Source of the DNA: Gemmatimonadales bacterium
GTDB taxonomy: Bacteria; Gemmatimonadota; Gemmatimonadetes; Gemmatimonadales; GWC2-71-9
Assembly (NCBI GenBank): GCA_037189525.1
Contig: JBBCJC010000003.1
Coordinates: 480,001 to 544,000 of the forward strand
Length of the DNA stretch: 64,000 bases
Reading direction: 5' to 3'
The position numbers and the translations under genes are program-made. Position 1 is the first letter of the stretch, and each line of letters begins with the position of its first letter. The notes below the pieces were generated by a model that ran no database searches, was not told the origin of the DNA, and saw nothing but the letters and a program-made list of their open reading frames with translations. Shown one piece after another: positions 48,617 to 57,445 of this stretch.

Positions 48617-50184
48617 GGCGCCTCAGGCCGGCCCTCGACGCGCTCGACGGAACTCTGCTTGCCCCGGAGCGCGTCTGGCGTTTCGGGGAGGTCGACACGC
48701 GCGTCCTGATCGGCCGTACTCCGGACTGGGTCCCGGCCGCCCCGGGCTTGGCCGGTTTGGTCGAAACGCCCGAGGGGCCGCGCTGGTTCGCCCCGATTAC
48801 CGAGGAGCCCGGTCTTTGGATCGAGGGCGACCCCGCACCCACCGAAGAACTGCGGCACACCTCCTCGGCCGCGATGATCGACCATCTCCTGCGCGTCGAC
48901 CGCGAAGTGGGGCGGCTGTCGCAGGAACTGGCCAGTCGCTATGAAGAGATCGACCTGCTCTACACCATCAGCGAAATCCTGGGGCAGACGGTTCGACTCG
49001 AACAGGCCTCGCGTACCATCATTCGCGCTGTCAGCAGCGTGGTCGGGGCGCGCCGGGCGTCGATCATGGTGCACGACGACCAGCAGGGAATCCTGCGCAC
49101 GGTCGCTTCGCAGGGGATTCCGCCTGGCCGGTCGGGGGTCGTGTCGATCGACGATCCGATTTCGATTGCGGCCCGGGTGTTCCGGACCCAGCGTCCGCTG
49201 ATCGGTGATCCGACCGAAGGGGTCATTTCCTCGGCAGGTACGGAGGAACGCGGCTACCAGGGCGTGGCGTTCATGAGCGTTCCGATCACCTACGCGGCGC
49301 CGGGCGCGCCGGCCCGTTGTATCGGCGTCGTCAACCTGACCGACCGGGTGGGCGGTGACCGATTCGGGCTGACCGATCGCAAGCTGGTCGCGGCGGTGGC
49401 CAATCAGATCGGCGCGGCGCTGGAGAATGCCCGGCTGGCGGAACGCGAGCGGGAGCAGGAACGGCTCGAACGCGAGCTCGAACTCGCCTCGACGCTGCAG
49501 CAGGGTCTGCTGCCGTCACCGGACGTGTTGGCCGGCGTGGCCGAGGTTGGGGTGCAATGCGTGCCCTTGGAGTCGGTCGGCGGCGACTTCTACGGCTTCA
49601 ATCGGTTGGGCGGAGGCGCGGTCGGCGTGATGGTGGGCGACGTGAGTTCCCACGGGTTTTCCGCGGCCCTCCTGATGGCGTCGGCGCTCGGTACCGCCGG
49701 CTTGCACGCGGCCGCCGCGGCCGGCGCGCCCGATGTGGTGCTTTCGGCGCTCAGGGCCACGCTGGCCGGGCAACTGACGTCGACCGAGAGCTTCATCACC
49801 ATGGTGTATGCCCGGATCGACCCGGCCGCCGGCCGGCTCGTCTTTGCCAACGCGGGCCACCCGCACGTGTTTCGGATTGCCGGTTCGGGAGAGTCATGGC
49901 GTCTCGAAGCCACTGCGCCTCCGCTGGGTCTGGGTGAAGACTCCATTGGATACCAGACGTCGCCCTGGGTCCCGGGTGAAGATCTCCTCTGCATCTTCAC
50001 CGACGGCGTCAGCGATGCCACCAATCCAACCGGCGAGCGCTTCGGCGAGCGACGGGTGCTGGATGCCGTGATCGCCCGACGTGCCCAGCAACCGTCGGCG
50101 ATCGTCGATGACGTCATGGCGCTGGTCGAAGGGTTCGGAACCGAACCGGCCGACGATCGCACCTTGCTCGTGCTCAGGGTCTGA
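48592..50184 (+). CDS. GAF + PP2C (SpoIIE/RsbU-like) phosphatase, start uncertain
   Basis: GAF domain, coiled coil, VGGDFY, GDVSSHG, NAGHP, FTDGVSD and DDRT. A CTG at 48592 with an AGGGG RBS is a possible start; the first in-frame ATG is far downstream. Confidence 0.88.
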   Translation: MDDAAAQLRRLRPALDALDGTLLAPERVWRFGEVDTRVLIGRTPDWVPAAPGLAGLVETPEGPRWFAPITEEPGLWIEGDPAPTEELRHTSSAAMIDHLLRVDREVGRLSQELASRYEEIDLLYTISEILGQTVRLEQASRTIIRAVSSVVGARRASIMVHDDQQGILRTVASQGIPPGRSGVVSIDDPISIAARVFRTQRPLIGDPTEGVISSAGTEERGYQGVAFMSVPITYAAPGAPARCIGVVNLTDRVGGDRFGLTDRKLVAAVANQIGAALENARLAEREREQERLERELELASTLQQGLLPSPDVLAGVAEVGVQCVPLESVGGDFYGFNRLGGGAVGVMVGDVSSHGFSAALLMASALGTAGLHAAAAAGAPDVVLSALRATLAGQLTSTESFITMVYARIDPAAGRLVFANAGHPHVFRIAGSGESWRLEATAPPLGLGEDSIGYQTSPWVPGEDLLCIFTDGVSDATNPTGERFGERRVLDAVIARRAQQPSAIVDDVMALVEGFGTEPADDRTLLVLRV

Positions 50185-50198
50185 TCGGTTCTTTCGAC

Positions 50199-51008
50199 GT
50201 GGCCAAGAAGTTTCTCGGACAGCACTTCCTTTCCGATCCGCGGATCTTGAACCGGATCGCCGCGGCTTTGCCCGCCGAGCCGGGCGACGCCGTTCTGGAA
50301 ATCGGGCCGGGGAAGGGCGCTCTGACCGCCGCGCTGTTGGAACGCGGACTCGAGGTCACCGCCATCGAACGGGATCGCGATCTGATTCCGTTGCTTCGGA
50401 CTCGTTGGCCGGCCCTGCATCTGGTCGAGTCCGATGCGCTCGAGGTCGACTGGGCCGCGCTCATGTCCGCCGCCACGCGCCCCCGCTGGTTCGTCGCCGG
50501 CAACATTCCCTACAACATCACCTCCCCGCTGATCGACCGGGCGCTGATGGCTTGGCCGCTGCCTGCTGCGATCGTGTTCCTGGTGCAGAGGGAAGTCGCC
50601 CTGCGTCTTGCCGCGGAGCCGGGCACGCCCGACTACGGTGCGCTGTCGGTCGGCGCGCAGTCGACCGCCGTGGTCGAACGTCTCTTCAACGTCCCGGCCG
50701 GCGCCTTTCATCCGCCGCCCAAGGTCGACAGTGCCGTGGTCCGCCTGATCCCCAGACCCGAAGCCGATCGGCCGGCCGACCAGGCCGGGTTCCGCCGGAT
50801 GGTGGTCGGCCTCTTTGCGGCGCGCCGGAAACAGCTGGCCCGCGCCGTCCGGACCCTGCTGGACCTCGACGCCGCGGGAGCCGAGCGACTCCTGGCAGAC
50901 ACCGGCCTGGACCCGTCCCGCCGGGCCGAAACCCTCACGGTGGCCGAGTTCCGCCGACTTCATGAACGGATGATTGACGGGGGGCTGGGCGACCGACTAA
51001 CATTGTGA
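50199..51008 (+). CDS. rsmA: 16S rRNA dimethyladenosine transferase KsgA
   Basis: LGQHFL, LEIGPGKGALT, GNIPYNITSP and FHPPPKVDSAVV. Confidence 0.95.
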   Translation: MAKKFLGQHFLSDPRILNRIAAALPAEPGDAVLEIGPGKGALTAALLERGLEVTAIERDRDLIPLLRTRWPALHLVESDALEVDWAALMSAATRPRWFVAGNIPYNITSPLIDRALMAWPLPAAIVFLVQREVALRLAAEPGTPDYGALSVGAQSTAVVERLFNVPAGAFHPPPKVDSAVVRLIPRPEADRPADQAGFRRMVVGLFAARRKQLARAVRTLLDLDAAGAERLLADTGLDPSRRAETLTVAEFRRLHERMIDGGLGDRLTL

Positions 51009-51020
51009 AAACTTTCACAT
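50974..51020 (+). promoter_or_regulatory. rex promoter with Rex operator (ROP box)
   Basis: TTGACG-N18-TAACAT at 50974-51003, overlapped by TTGTGAA-aact-TTCACAT at 51003-51020 (consensus TTGTGAANNNNTTCACAA, 1 mismatch). Confidence 0.85.
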
Positions 51021-51025
51021 GTTAC

Positions 51026-51646
51026 ATGCGGACTGTCGCCGATAATACTGTACGTCGCCTCTCGCTCTACCTCCGGTTCCTCGAGGATTTCCAGCACCAG
51101 GGAGCGACTACGGTCAGTTCCGAGGCGCTGGCAGCCCGCGGAGGCACCACGTCGGCACAGGTACGCAAAGACCTCTCGTTTTTCGGCTCTTTCGGCAAGC
51201 GGGGGTTGGGCTACTCGGTTCCGCAGCTGATCAAACGTCTCCGCGAAATCCTCGGCTTGGGGCGACCCTACCGGGTCGTAGTGGTCGGCGCCGGTAAGGT
51301 GGGCAGCGCCCTGGTCCAGTACCCGGGCTTCCGCGACCGGGGCTTCGACATCGTGGCCATCTACGATCATGACCCCCGGAAAATCGGGCAATCGTGGGAT
51401 GGTCTGGTCGTCCGGGACACCGCCGAGCTGGAGCATGATTGCAGCACGCTGGATCCCGACATCGGCGTCATCGTCACTCCGGCGGAAGCGGCCCAGGGCA
51501 TTGCCGACCGGATGGTGGCCTGCGGGGTCAAAGCCATCCTCAACTTCGCACCGGTCCAGCTGCACGTGCCGGATGACGTCACGGTCAAAACCGTCAATCT
51601 GGTGCTCGAACTGGAGGCATTGAGTTACGCGCTGGCGAGTCGGTAG
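51026..51646 (+). CDS. rex: Redox-sensing transcriptional repressor Rex
   Basis: RRLSLYLR, QVRKDLSFFGSFGKRGLGY, GAGKVG and ILNFAP. Confidence 0.96.
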   Translation: MRTVADNTVRRLSLYLRFLEDFQHQGATTVSSEALAARGGTTSAQVRKDLSFFGSFGKRGLGYSVPQLIKRLREILGLGRPYRVVVVGAGKVGSALVQYPGFRDRGFDIVAIYDHDPRKIGQSWDGLVVRDTAELEHDCSTLDPDIGVIVTPAEAAQGIADRMVACGVKAILNFAPVQLHVPDDVTVKTVNLVLELEALSYALASR

Positions 51647-51668
51647 TACGCTCCGGTAGTTTCCTTCC

Positions 51669-52904
51669 ATGCCATCAGTTCGTGTTACCTCAGAGATTGG
51701 TCCTCTCGAGGCGGTCCTCGTCCACACACCGGGACGGGAACTGGAAGCGGTCACGCCCAGCACCCGCGCGGCCTACCTCTATGATGACCTGATCGGACTG
51801 GAGACCTCGGCGCGCGAGCATCGCCGGTTGGTGTCGGTCCTGGAAAAATCGGCCCAGGTCTTCGAGATCGGGGCGCTGCTCGAAGATGTGCTCGCCCTCG
51901 ATGAGGCGCGGGAGTTCCTGATCACCAGCACCATGGACGTGGTTCCCTCCGAGCCGCTTGCGCAGCAACTGGCTGCCCTGTCGCCCAAGGATCTGGTCCG
52001 GCTCCTGATCGAAGGGAGTGAAGAACCCGGCGGGCCGATTGCGCGGACCGTCAACGAGGTCGGCTTCGTCCTTCCGCCGTTGCCGAATCTGTTCTTCCCG
52101 CGAGACATCGGCATGGTCGTGGGCGACCATGCGGTAGTCGGCGCCATGCGGCACGAGATCCGCTGGACCGAAGAGCTCCTGATCAAGACCATTTTCCAGT
52201 TCCACCCGGAGCTGGGCAATGCCGGTATTCTCTACGACGGTTCCGAGGAGCGGCGCAGCAACTACACCTTGGAAGGCGGCGATGTCCATGTCGCGCGTCC
52301 CGACCTGCTGATCCTCGGCTTTTCGCAGCGATCGTCGCCGGCAGCGCTCGATCGGCTGGTCGACGATCTCTTTGCGACCACGCCGGTCACCGATGCCATC
52401 GTGGTGGTGATGCCGCGCGAGCCGACGGCCATCCATCTCGACATGCTCTTCACCCAGCTCGACCGGGATCTCTGCGCCGTCTATCCGCCCGCGTTTCTAG
52501 GCCCCGAGCGGCTCACGATTCTGCATCGCAAGAAGGGGCGGAAGACCGTCAAGGAGCGGAGTGATCTGTTCGTGGCGCTCAAGCAGGTCGGCTTGCCACT
52601 GGCGCCGATCTTCACGGGCGGGAAGCGCCGCGCCTCCCAGGAGCGGGAGCAGTGGGCCAGCGGCTGCAACTTTCTGGCGGTCCGTCCCGGCCATATCATC
52701 AGCTATCAGCGGAACGAGGCCACGCTGCGGGAACTCGAAGCCAACGGTTTCGCGATCGTGCCGAACCAGGATTATCTGGCGTTCGACGATTGGGACGATT
52801 CGCGCGGGCGGGTCGCGGTCACGATCCCGGGTGGTGAACTGGTGCGCGGCGGTGGTGGGCCGCGCTGCATGACCCTGCCGATCCGCCGGCGCGACATCTG
52901 GTGA
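51669..52904 (+). CDS. arcA: Arginine deiminase
   Basis: VTSEIGPL, PNLFFPRD, LEGGD, HLD and ELVRGGGGPRCMT catalytic motifs. Confidence 0.92.
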   Translation: MPSVRVTSEIGPLEAVLVHTPGRELEAVTPSTRAAYLYDDLIGLETSAREHRRLVSVLEKSAQVFEIGALLEDVLALDEAREFLITSTMDVVPSEPLAQQLAALSPKDLVRLLIEGSEEPGGPIARTVNEVGFVLPPLPNLFFPRDIGMVVGDHAVVGAMRHEIRWTEELLIKTIFQFHPELGNAGILYDGSEERRSNYTLEGGDVHVARPDLLILGFSQRSSPAALDRLVDDLFATTPVTDAIVVVMPREPTAIHLDMLFTQLDRDLCAVYPPAFLGPERLTILHRKKGRKTVKERSDLFVALKQVGLPLAPIFTGGKRRASQEREQWASGCNFLAVRPGHIISYQRNEATLRELEANGFAIVPNQDYLAFDDWDDSRGRVAVTIPGGELVRGGGGPRCMTLPIRRRDIW

Positions 52905-53749
52905 CCGGACTCGTCGCTGCGCCCAGCGGCACGCTCGCCGACCGGGCGCTGGATCTTCTGGCAACGGGTCCGCAGACGGCGGAGTCGCTCGCGGCCAGCG
53001 TGTTCGGCATGCCGAGGACGCCGCCGGTGATTGCCGACCGGATTGCGGTGGCGCTGCTAGGTCCGGACCCGCGAGTCCGGCGATTGCCGGATGGCCGCTG
53101 GAGTCTGGTGGCGCGGGCGGCGGGGTCGCCCCTGGTCGAAGATGCGGCGTTTGCCGTGGTCGACGTCGAGACCACCGGCGGCCAGGCACGGGGCCGCGAC
53201 CGGATCACCGAGGTGGCCGTGGTGGTGGTGCAGGGCAGCCGGTGTGAGGTCGTCTACGATTCGCTGATCAATCCGGAGCGACCGATTCCGGCCCCCGTGG
53301 TGGGGGTAACCGGGATCACCGATGCCATGGTGCGCGCCGCCCCGACCTTCGACACCGTGGTCGACGATCTGCTTGCTGCGCTGGCGGGGCGGATCTTCGT
53401 GGCGCACAACGTAGGGTTCGACTGGGGATTCCTGTCGGCGGAGGTGCGCCGGGTCAAGTCGTACGGCTTGCACAGCGACCGGCTCTGTACCGTCCGGCTC
53501 GCGCGGGCGCTGGTGCCGGGCCTCCCGTCGTACGGTCTGGACAGCATGGCCGACTACTTTGGATTCGAGAACCCGGCTCGTCACCGGGCTGGTGGAGACG
53601 CGCTGGTGACGGGACGGGTGCTCCAGCGGTTGCTGGAACTGGCGCGCGGCAAAGAGGTTCGGACCGTGGCAGATTTGGAGCGGCTGCGGGCAGGTCGACG
53701 CCGCCGTCGCGGCAAAAAACGGCGAAGTGCACCGGAGGATATGATCTGA
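52901..53749 (+). CDS. DEDDh 3'-5' exonuclease (DnaQ-like) with N-terminal extension
   Basis: VVDVETTG, AHNVGFD and HRAGGDA, preceded by an ~80-aa helical domain. Confidence 0.88.
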   Translation: MTGLVAAPSGTLADRALDLLATGPQTAESLAASVFGMPRTPPVIADRIAVALLGPDPRVRRLPDGRWSLVARAAGSPLVEDAAFAVVDVETTGGQARGRDRITEVAVVVVQGSRCEVVYDSLINPERPIPAPVVGVTGITDAMVRAAPTFDTVVDDLLAALAGRIFVAHNVGFDWGFLSAEVRRVKSYGLHSDRLCTVRLARALVPGLPSYGLDSMADYFGFENPARHRAGGDALVTGRVLQRLLELARGKEVRTVADLERLRAGRRRRRGKKRRSAPEDMI

Positions 53750-54657
53750 TGGCGTACGCCCACTCCTTTATGCTCGGCAGCCTCAAGTGTTACGCGCTCG
53801 AGGCCGGCGGAATCAAGCTCGACGGCGGCGCCATGTTCGGTGTGGTGCCTAAGCCGCTCTGGTCCAAACGGATCCCGGCCGACGAGCGGAACCGGATCCG
53901 GATGGGGATGCGCTGCCTGTTGATCGAACATTCCGACGGTCTCGTCCTGATCGACTCCGGGCTCGGCAACAAGCAGGATGACCGCTTTCTCGACATGTAC
54001 GGTGTCGAGAACGGCGGGCCGGACGGTCGGACTCGTCTGGAGACGGCACTTGCCGAAACCGGCCACGCGCCCGCCGACATCAAGTGGGTCATCAACACCC
54101 ACCTGCATTTCGATCACGCGGGCGGCAACACCTGGGTCGAGCGGGACGAGACCGGCGTCGCCATCGGCGGCGAACGGCTCACCTTTCCCAATGCGACCTA
54201 TGTGACGCAATGGGGCGAACTCGAGTTTGCCCGCAACACCAACGAACGGACGCGCGCGTCCTATCTGGGTGAGAACTTCGAGCCGATCTCCGAGGCGGGA
54301 AAGTGGAAGCTACTCCGCGGCGACGTCGAAATCCTGCCCGGCATCTCGGCGCGGGTCACTCCCGGTCACGTGCCGCATCACCAGAGCATCGAGGTCAAGA
54401 GCGACGGCGATACCTTGCTCTACCTGGCCGACGTGATGCCGACCAGCCATCATCTGAGCCTTCCCTGGATCATGGGCTACGATCTGGAGCCGATGCGAAC
54501 GCTCGAGTCGAAGCGCAAGTTGCTGCGCATTGCCGAGGACGAGGGCTGGTGGTTCTTCTTCGAGCACGACGCCGATGTCATCATGGGCCGGATCGGCGAA
54601 GGCAGCAAAGGCCACGCGCTGGGCGATGTCGTGCGGGTCGGCGCGGAGGACGCGTGA
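53749..54657 (+). CDS. MBL-fold metallo-hydrolase (YtnP-like)
   Basis: LDGGAMFGVVPK, THLHFDHAGG, TPGH and FEHD. Confidence 0.9.
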   Translation: MAYAHSFMLGSLKCYALEAGGIKLDGGAMFGVVPKPLWSKRIPADERNRIRMGMRCLLIEHSDGLVLIDSGLGNKQDDRFLDMYGVENGGPDGRTRLETALAETGHAPADIKWVINTHLHFDHAGGNTWVERDETGVAIGGERLTFPNATYVTQWGELEFARNTNERTRASYLGENFEPISEAGKWKLLRGDVEILPGISARVTPGHVPHHQSIEVKSDGDTLLYLADVMPTSHHLSLPWIMGYDLEPMRTLESKRKLLRIAEDEGWWFFFEHDADVIMGRIGEGSKGHALGDVVRVGAEDA

Positions 54658-56228
54658 CCGGACCGGTACCGGAGTCGCTTTCCGGCGCCCTGGCCGATCG
54701 CTACCGGATCGAGCGCGCGATCGGGCAGGGTGGGATGGCCACGGTGTATCAGGCCACCGACATCAAGCACGGGCGCCGGGTCGCGGTCAAAGTCCTTCGC
54801 TCCGATCTGGCGGCAAGCGTCGGGACGGATCGCTTCCTCCGCGAGATCACCATCGCGGCCCAGCTCCAGCACCCCCACATCCTGCTCCTGATCGACTCGG
54901 GTGAGGCGGGCGGACATCTCTACTATGTCATGCCGCTCATCGAGGGAGGTTCGCTGCGCACCAGGCTCGACACCGGCGAGGCCATTCCGGTCGAGGAGGT
55001 CACTAGGCTATCTCGCCAGGTGTCCGATGCGCTCGACTATGCGCACCGGCGCGGCCTGGTCCATCGCGACATCAAGCCGGAAAACATCCTGCTCAACGAC
55101 GGGCTGGCCGTCGTCGCCGATTTCGGGATTGCCAAAGCGCTCACCGAAGCAAGCGACCGCTCCCTGACGCGGACGGGATTTCCACTCGGCACGGTGGGAT
55201 ACATGAGTCCGGAGCAGGCGGCCGGGTTTACCGACCTCGATGCCCGGTCCGACGTCTTCAGTCTCGCCTGCGTGATCTACGAGCTGCTGGTCGGCCGGAT
55301 TCCCGGGATGTGGCCGAGCGATGAATCGCTCCGGGTCCAGCGCTTCCTCGAGGCGCCCGCGGAGCACCGGCGGCAACTCGATCTGCTGCCGGCAGCTGCG
55401 GAGCAAGTGCTGGTGCGGGGCCTGGCGCTGCGACCGGAGCATCGGTATCCGGGACCGAAGGTGATGGTCGATGAGCTGGTCCAGGCCTTCCGCGAACGGC
55501 CCAGATTCGATGAGGGACAGGTCCGCAACATCGTGGCGCGCGCTTCGGAACTCGAAGCTTCGTCGGTGACGGCGGATGGGAGTCTCACCCTGGGCGGGAT
55601 TCAACGCCTGGCGGCCGAAGTCGGAATTCCGCCGCAGCACGTCGACCGCGCCGCGCGCGAGTTACGGCCGGAGATGTCGTCTGCGGAGCTGTCGCGCTCC
55701 AGCCAGCCGTGGACTTCCCAGCCGCGGATCGTGGTCGAGCGATGGATCGACGGAGACATCCCCGAAGACGAATACGCCACCATCGTCGATGAAGTCCGAA
55801 TGACGGTGGGCAACGTGGGGCAGGCGTCGACGCTGGGCCGGTCTCTGGCATGGCGAACGGTGGTGCCGTCCGGTCAGCTGGGTCGTAACATCAGTCTCCT
55901 CGTGACCCCGTCGCAGGGCCGCACCCGACTTCGCATCGAAGAAATGGTGAGCAATCTGATGGGAGGCTACTTCGGCGCCATCGTGGGGGGAGGGAGCGGC
56001 GCCATCGTGCCCGGAAGCGTAGGGCTTGCGGTTGGTGCGCTGGGCACACCGCTCATGATCCCGGTCTTCCTGCTCGTCGGATACGGCGCTGCCCTCGGGA
56101 TTGCCCGTCATTTCTATCTGAAGGCGTACAATCGCCGATCCCGCGAGCTGAACGAGTTGGCGGATCGCCTCGTACATCATCTCGTCGAGAGCCGCGACCG
56201 GGACGCCCGGCGCCGGCTCCGCCCCTGA
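54654..56228 (+). CDS. Hanks-type Ser/Thr protein kinase with C-terminal membrane domain
   Basis: GQGGMATVY, VAVK, HRDIKPEN, DFG and YMSPEQ; two predicted C-terminal TM segments. Confidence 0.92.
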   Translation: MTGPVPESLSGALADRYRIERAIGQGGMATVYQATDIKHGRRVAVKVLRSDLAASVGTDRFLREITIAAQLQHPHILLLIDSGEAGGHLYYVMPLIEGGSLRTRLDTGEAIPVEEVTRLSRQVSDALDYAHRRGLVHRDIKPENILLNDGLAVVADFGIAKALTEASDRSLTRTGFPLGTVGYMSPEQAAGFTDLDARSDVFSLACVIYELLVGRIPGMWPSDESLRVQRFLEAPAEHRRQLDLLPAAAEQVLVRGLALRPEHRYPGPKVMVDELVQAFRERPRFDEGQVRNIVARASELEASSVTADGSLTLGGIQRLAAEVGIPPQHVDRAARELRPEMSSAELSRSSQPWTSQPRIVVERWIDGDIPEDEYATIVDEVRMTVGNVGQASTLGRSLAWRTVVPSGQLGRNISLLVTPSQGRTRLRIEEMVSNLMGGYFGAIVGGGSGAIVPGSVGLAVGALGTPLMIPVFLLVGYGAALGIARHFYLKAYNRRSRELNELADRLVHHLVESRDRDARRRLRP

Positions 56229-56407
56229 GCCGCGGACTTCGGCTCGACGAGTAGCGCTGTCCTGCGCTTATTCTCCGCTTAGTCGCCTTCATGAGGCTTT
56301 CTGGGGAGCGGAATCTTCGAGCGAAGGACCTCCTCTTGGAGGTGGAGCGGGCGGGATCGGTTGGCGGAGGTGTGAGGGGAGACGGGCTTCCCACGGCGAG
56401 ACAGGAC

Positions 56408-56436
56408 TTGACTGGAAATGCGTAAGTTCTTATCGT
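56408..56436 (+). promoter_or_regulatory. Sigma70-type promoter of the infC-rpmI-rplT operon
   Basis: TTGACT-N17-TATCGT. Confidence 0.75.
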
Positions 56437-56442
56437 TCAAGA

Positions 56443-56570
56443 ATATCGCAAGTGAGGCCTTAATTGGCCTCCACCCCAAGCCAGCGGCGAACGGGTCCTG
56501 AATCTGATCTCCCGGTCCTCACAGGCCTGGGAGCGTTCTGGACGCCCCGACTCGCTTCGGGGCGTTTTGC
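56443..56570 (+). promoter_or_regulatory. Structured 5' leader / attenuator, L20-leader-like
   Basis: AAGT-GAGGCC-ttaatt-GGCCTC-CACC hairpin, a CTCCCGG/CTGGGAG hairpin and terminator GACGCCCCGA/TCGGGGCGTT-TT at 56541-56568. Confidence 0.55.
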
Positions 56571-56648
56571 GTAGGACGCCGGCCGTTCCGGCGCGGGCCC
56601 GGGCAGCATCGGGATCCGGTAGTCAAACTGAACCTGGAGGTATGGCCA

Positions 56649-57170
56649 CTGAGCACGAACGAGCGCGAACGACGGGTCCGGATCAATCGGATGATCCGCA
56701 TCAGCCCGGTCCGAGTCATTTCGGACGCCGGGGAGCAGTTGGGGGTGTTGACCATCGATGAGGCCATGGCGCTCGCGGAAGAGCGCGGACTCGATCTGGT
56801 CGAGGTCGCCCCGATGGCGCGGCCCCCCGTCGTCAAGATCATGAACTACGGGAAGTACAAGTTCGAAGAAGCCAAAGCGGCGCGTGCGGCCAAGAAGAAG
56901 CAGCACGTGATCGAGGTCAAGGAAGTCAAATTCCGGCCGGGCATCGACGAGCACGACCTCGAGTTCAAGGTCCGGCACATGCGCGAGTTCCTGAAGGAAG
57001 GGAACAAGGTCAAGGTGACCATGATGTTCCGTGGCCGGCAGGTGACACGAGTGGATCTGGGACGCGCCGTATTGGATCGGGTCCTGGCGCAGGTGGCCGA
57101 CGTCGGAAAAGTGGAGTTCGACGCGCGGCTGGAAGGTCGTACCATGGTCATGGTGCTGGCGCCCAAATAG
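56649..57170 (+). CDS. infC: Translation initiation factor IF-3, probable CTG start
   Basis: [26 protein letters not shown] and [22 protein letters not shown] 7 nt before an in-frame CTG at 56649. Confidence 0.95.
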   Translation: MSTNERERRVRINRMIRISPVRVISDAGEQLGVLTIDEAMALAEERGLDLVEVAPMARPPVVKIMNYGKYKFEEAKAARAAKKKQHVIEVKEVKFRPGIDEHDLEFKVRHMREFLKEGNKVKVTMMFRGRQVTRVDLGRAVLDRVLAQVADVGKVEFDARLEGRTMVMVLAPK

Positions 57171-57235
57171 CGCCGGCGGTTTTGGGCCCCCGACATGGCG
57201 GTCGGTGCGGGCCCCTTAGGGAAACGGAAGCGACG

Positions 57236-57430
57236 ATGCCGAAGCAGAAGACGAAGCGAGCCGCCACCAAGCGGTTCAAAGTGACGGGAAGCGGCGCGAT
57301 CAAGCGGTCGAAGACCAACAAGCGCCACATCCTGACTAAGAAGACGCGCAAGCGGAAGAATCAACTGGGCAAGCCGGCGCTGGTGAGCTCCGCCGATTTC
57401 AGGCGGACCGAAAAGCTGCTGCTGGCCTAA
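57236..57430 (+). CDS. rpmI: 50S ribosomal protein L35
   Basis: [20 protein letters not shown] and HILTKK. Confidence 0.96.
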   Translation: MPKQKTKRAATKRFKVTGSGAIKRSKTNKRHILTKKTRKRKNQLGKPALVSSADFRRTEKLLLA

Positions 57431-57445
57431 CGCGGAGACGGATCG

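Noticed and set aside
56229..56400. Purine-rich spacer with a small ACCTCC/GGAGGT hairpin after the kinase
   Set aside because: No convincing ORF, repeat or extended structure.
56642..56761. Out-of-frame 39-codon ORF starting right after the infC RBS
   Set aside because: Zero RBS spacing makes initiation unlikely, and the peptide has no features.
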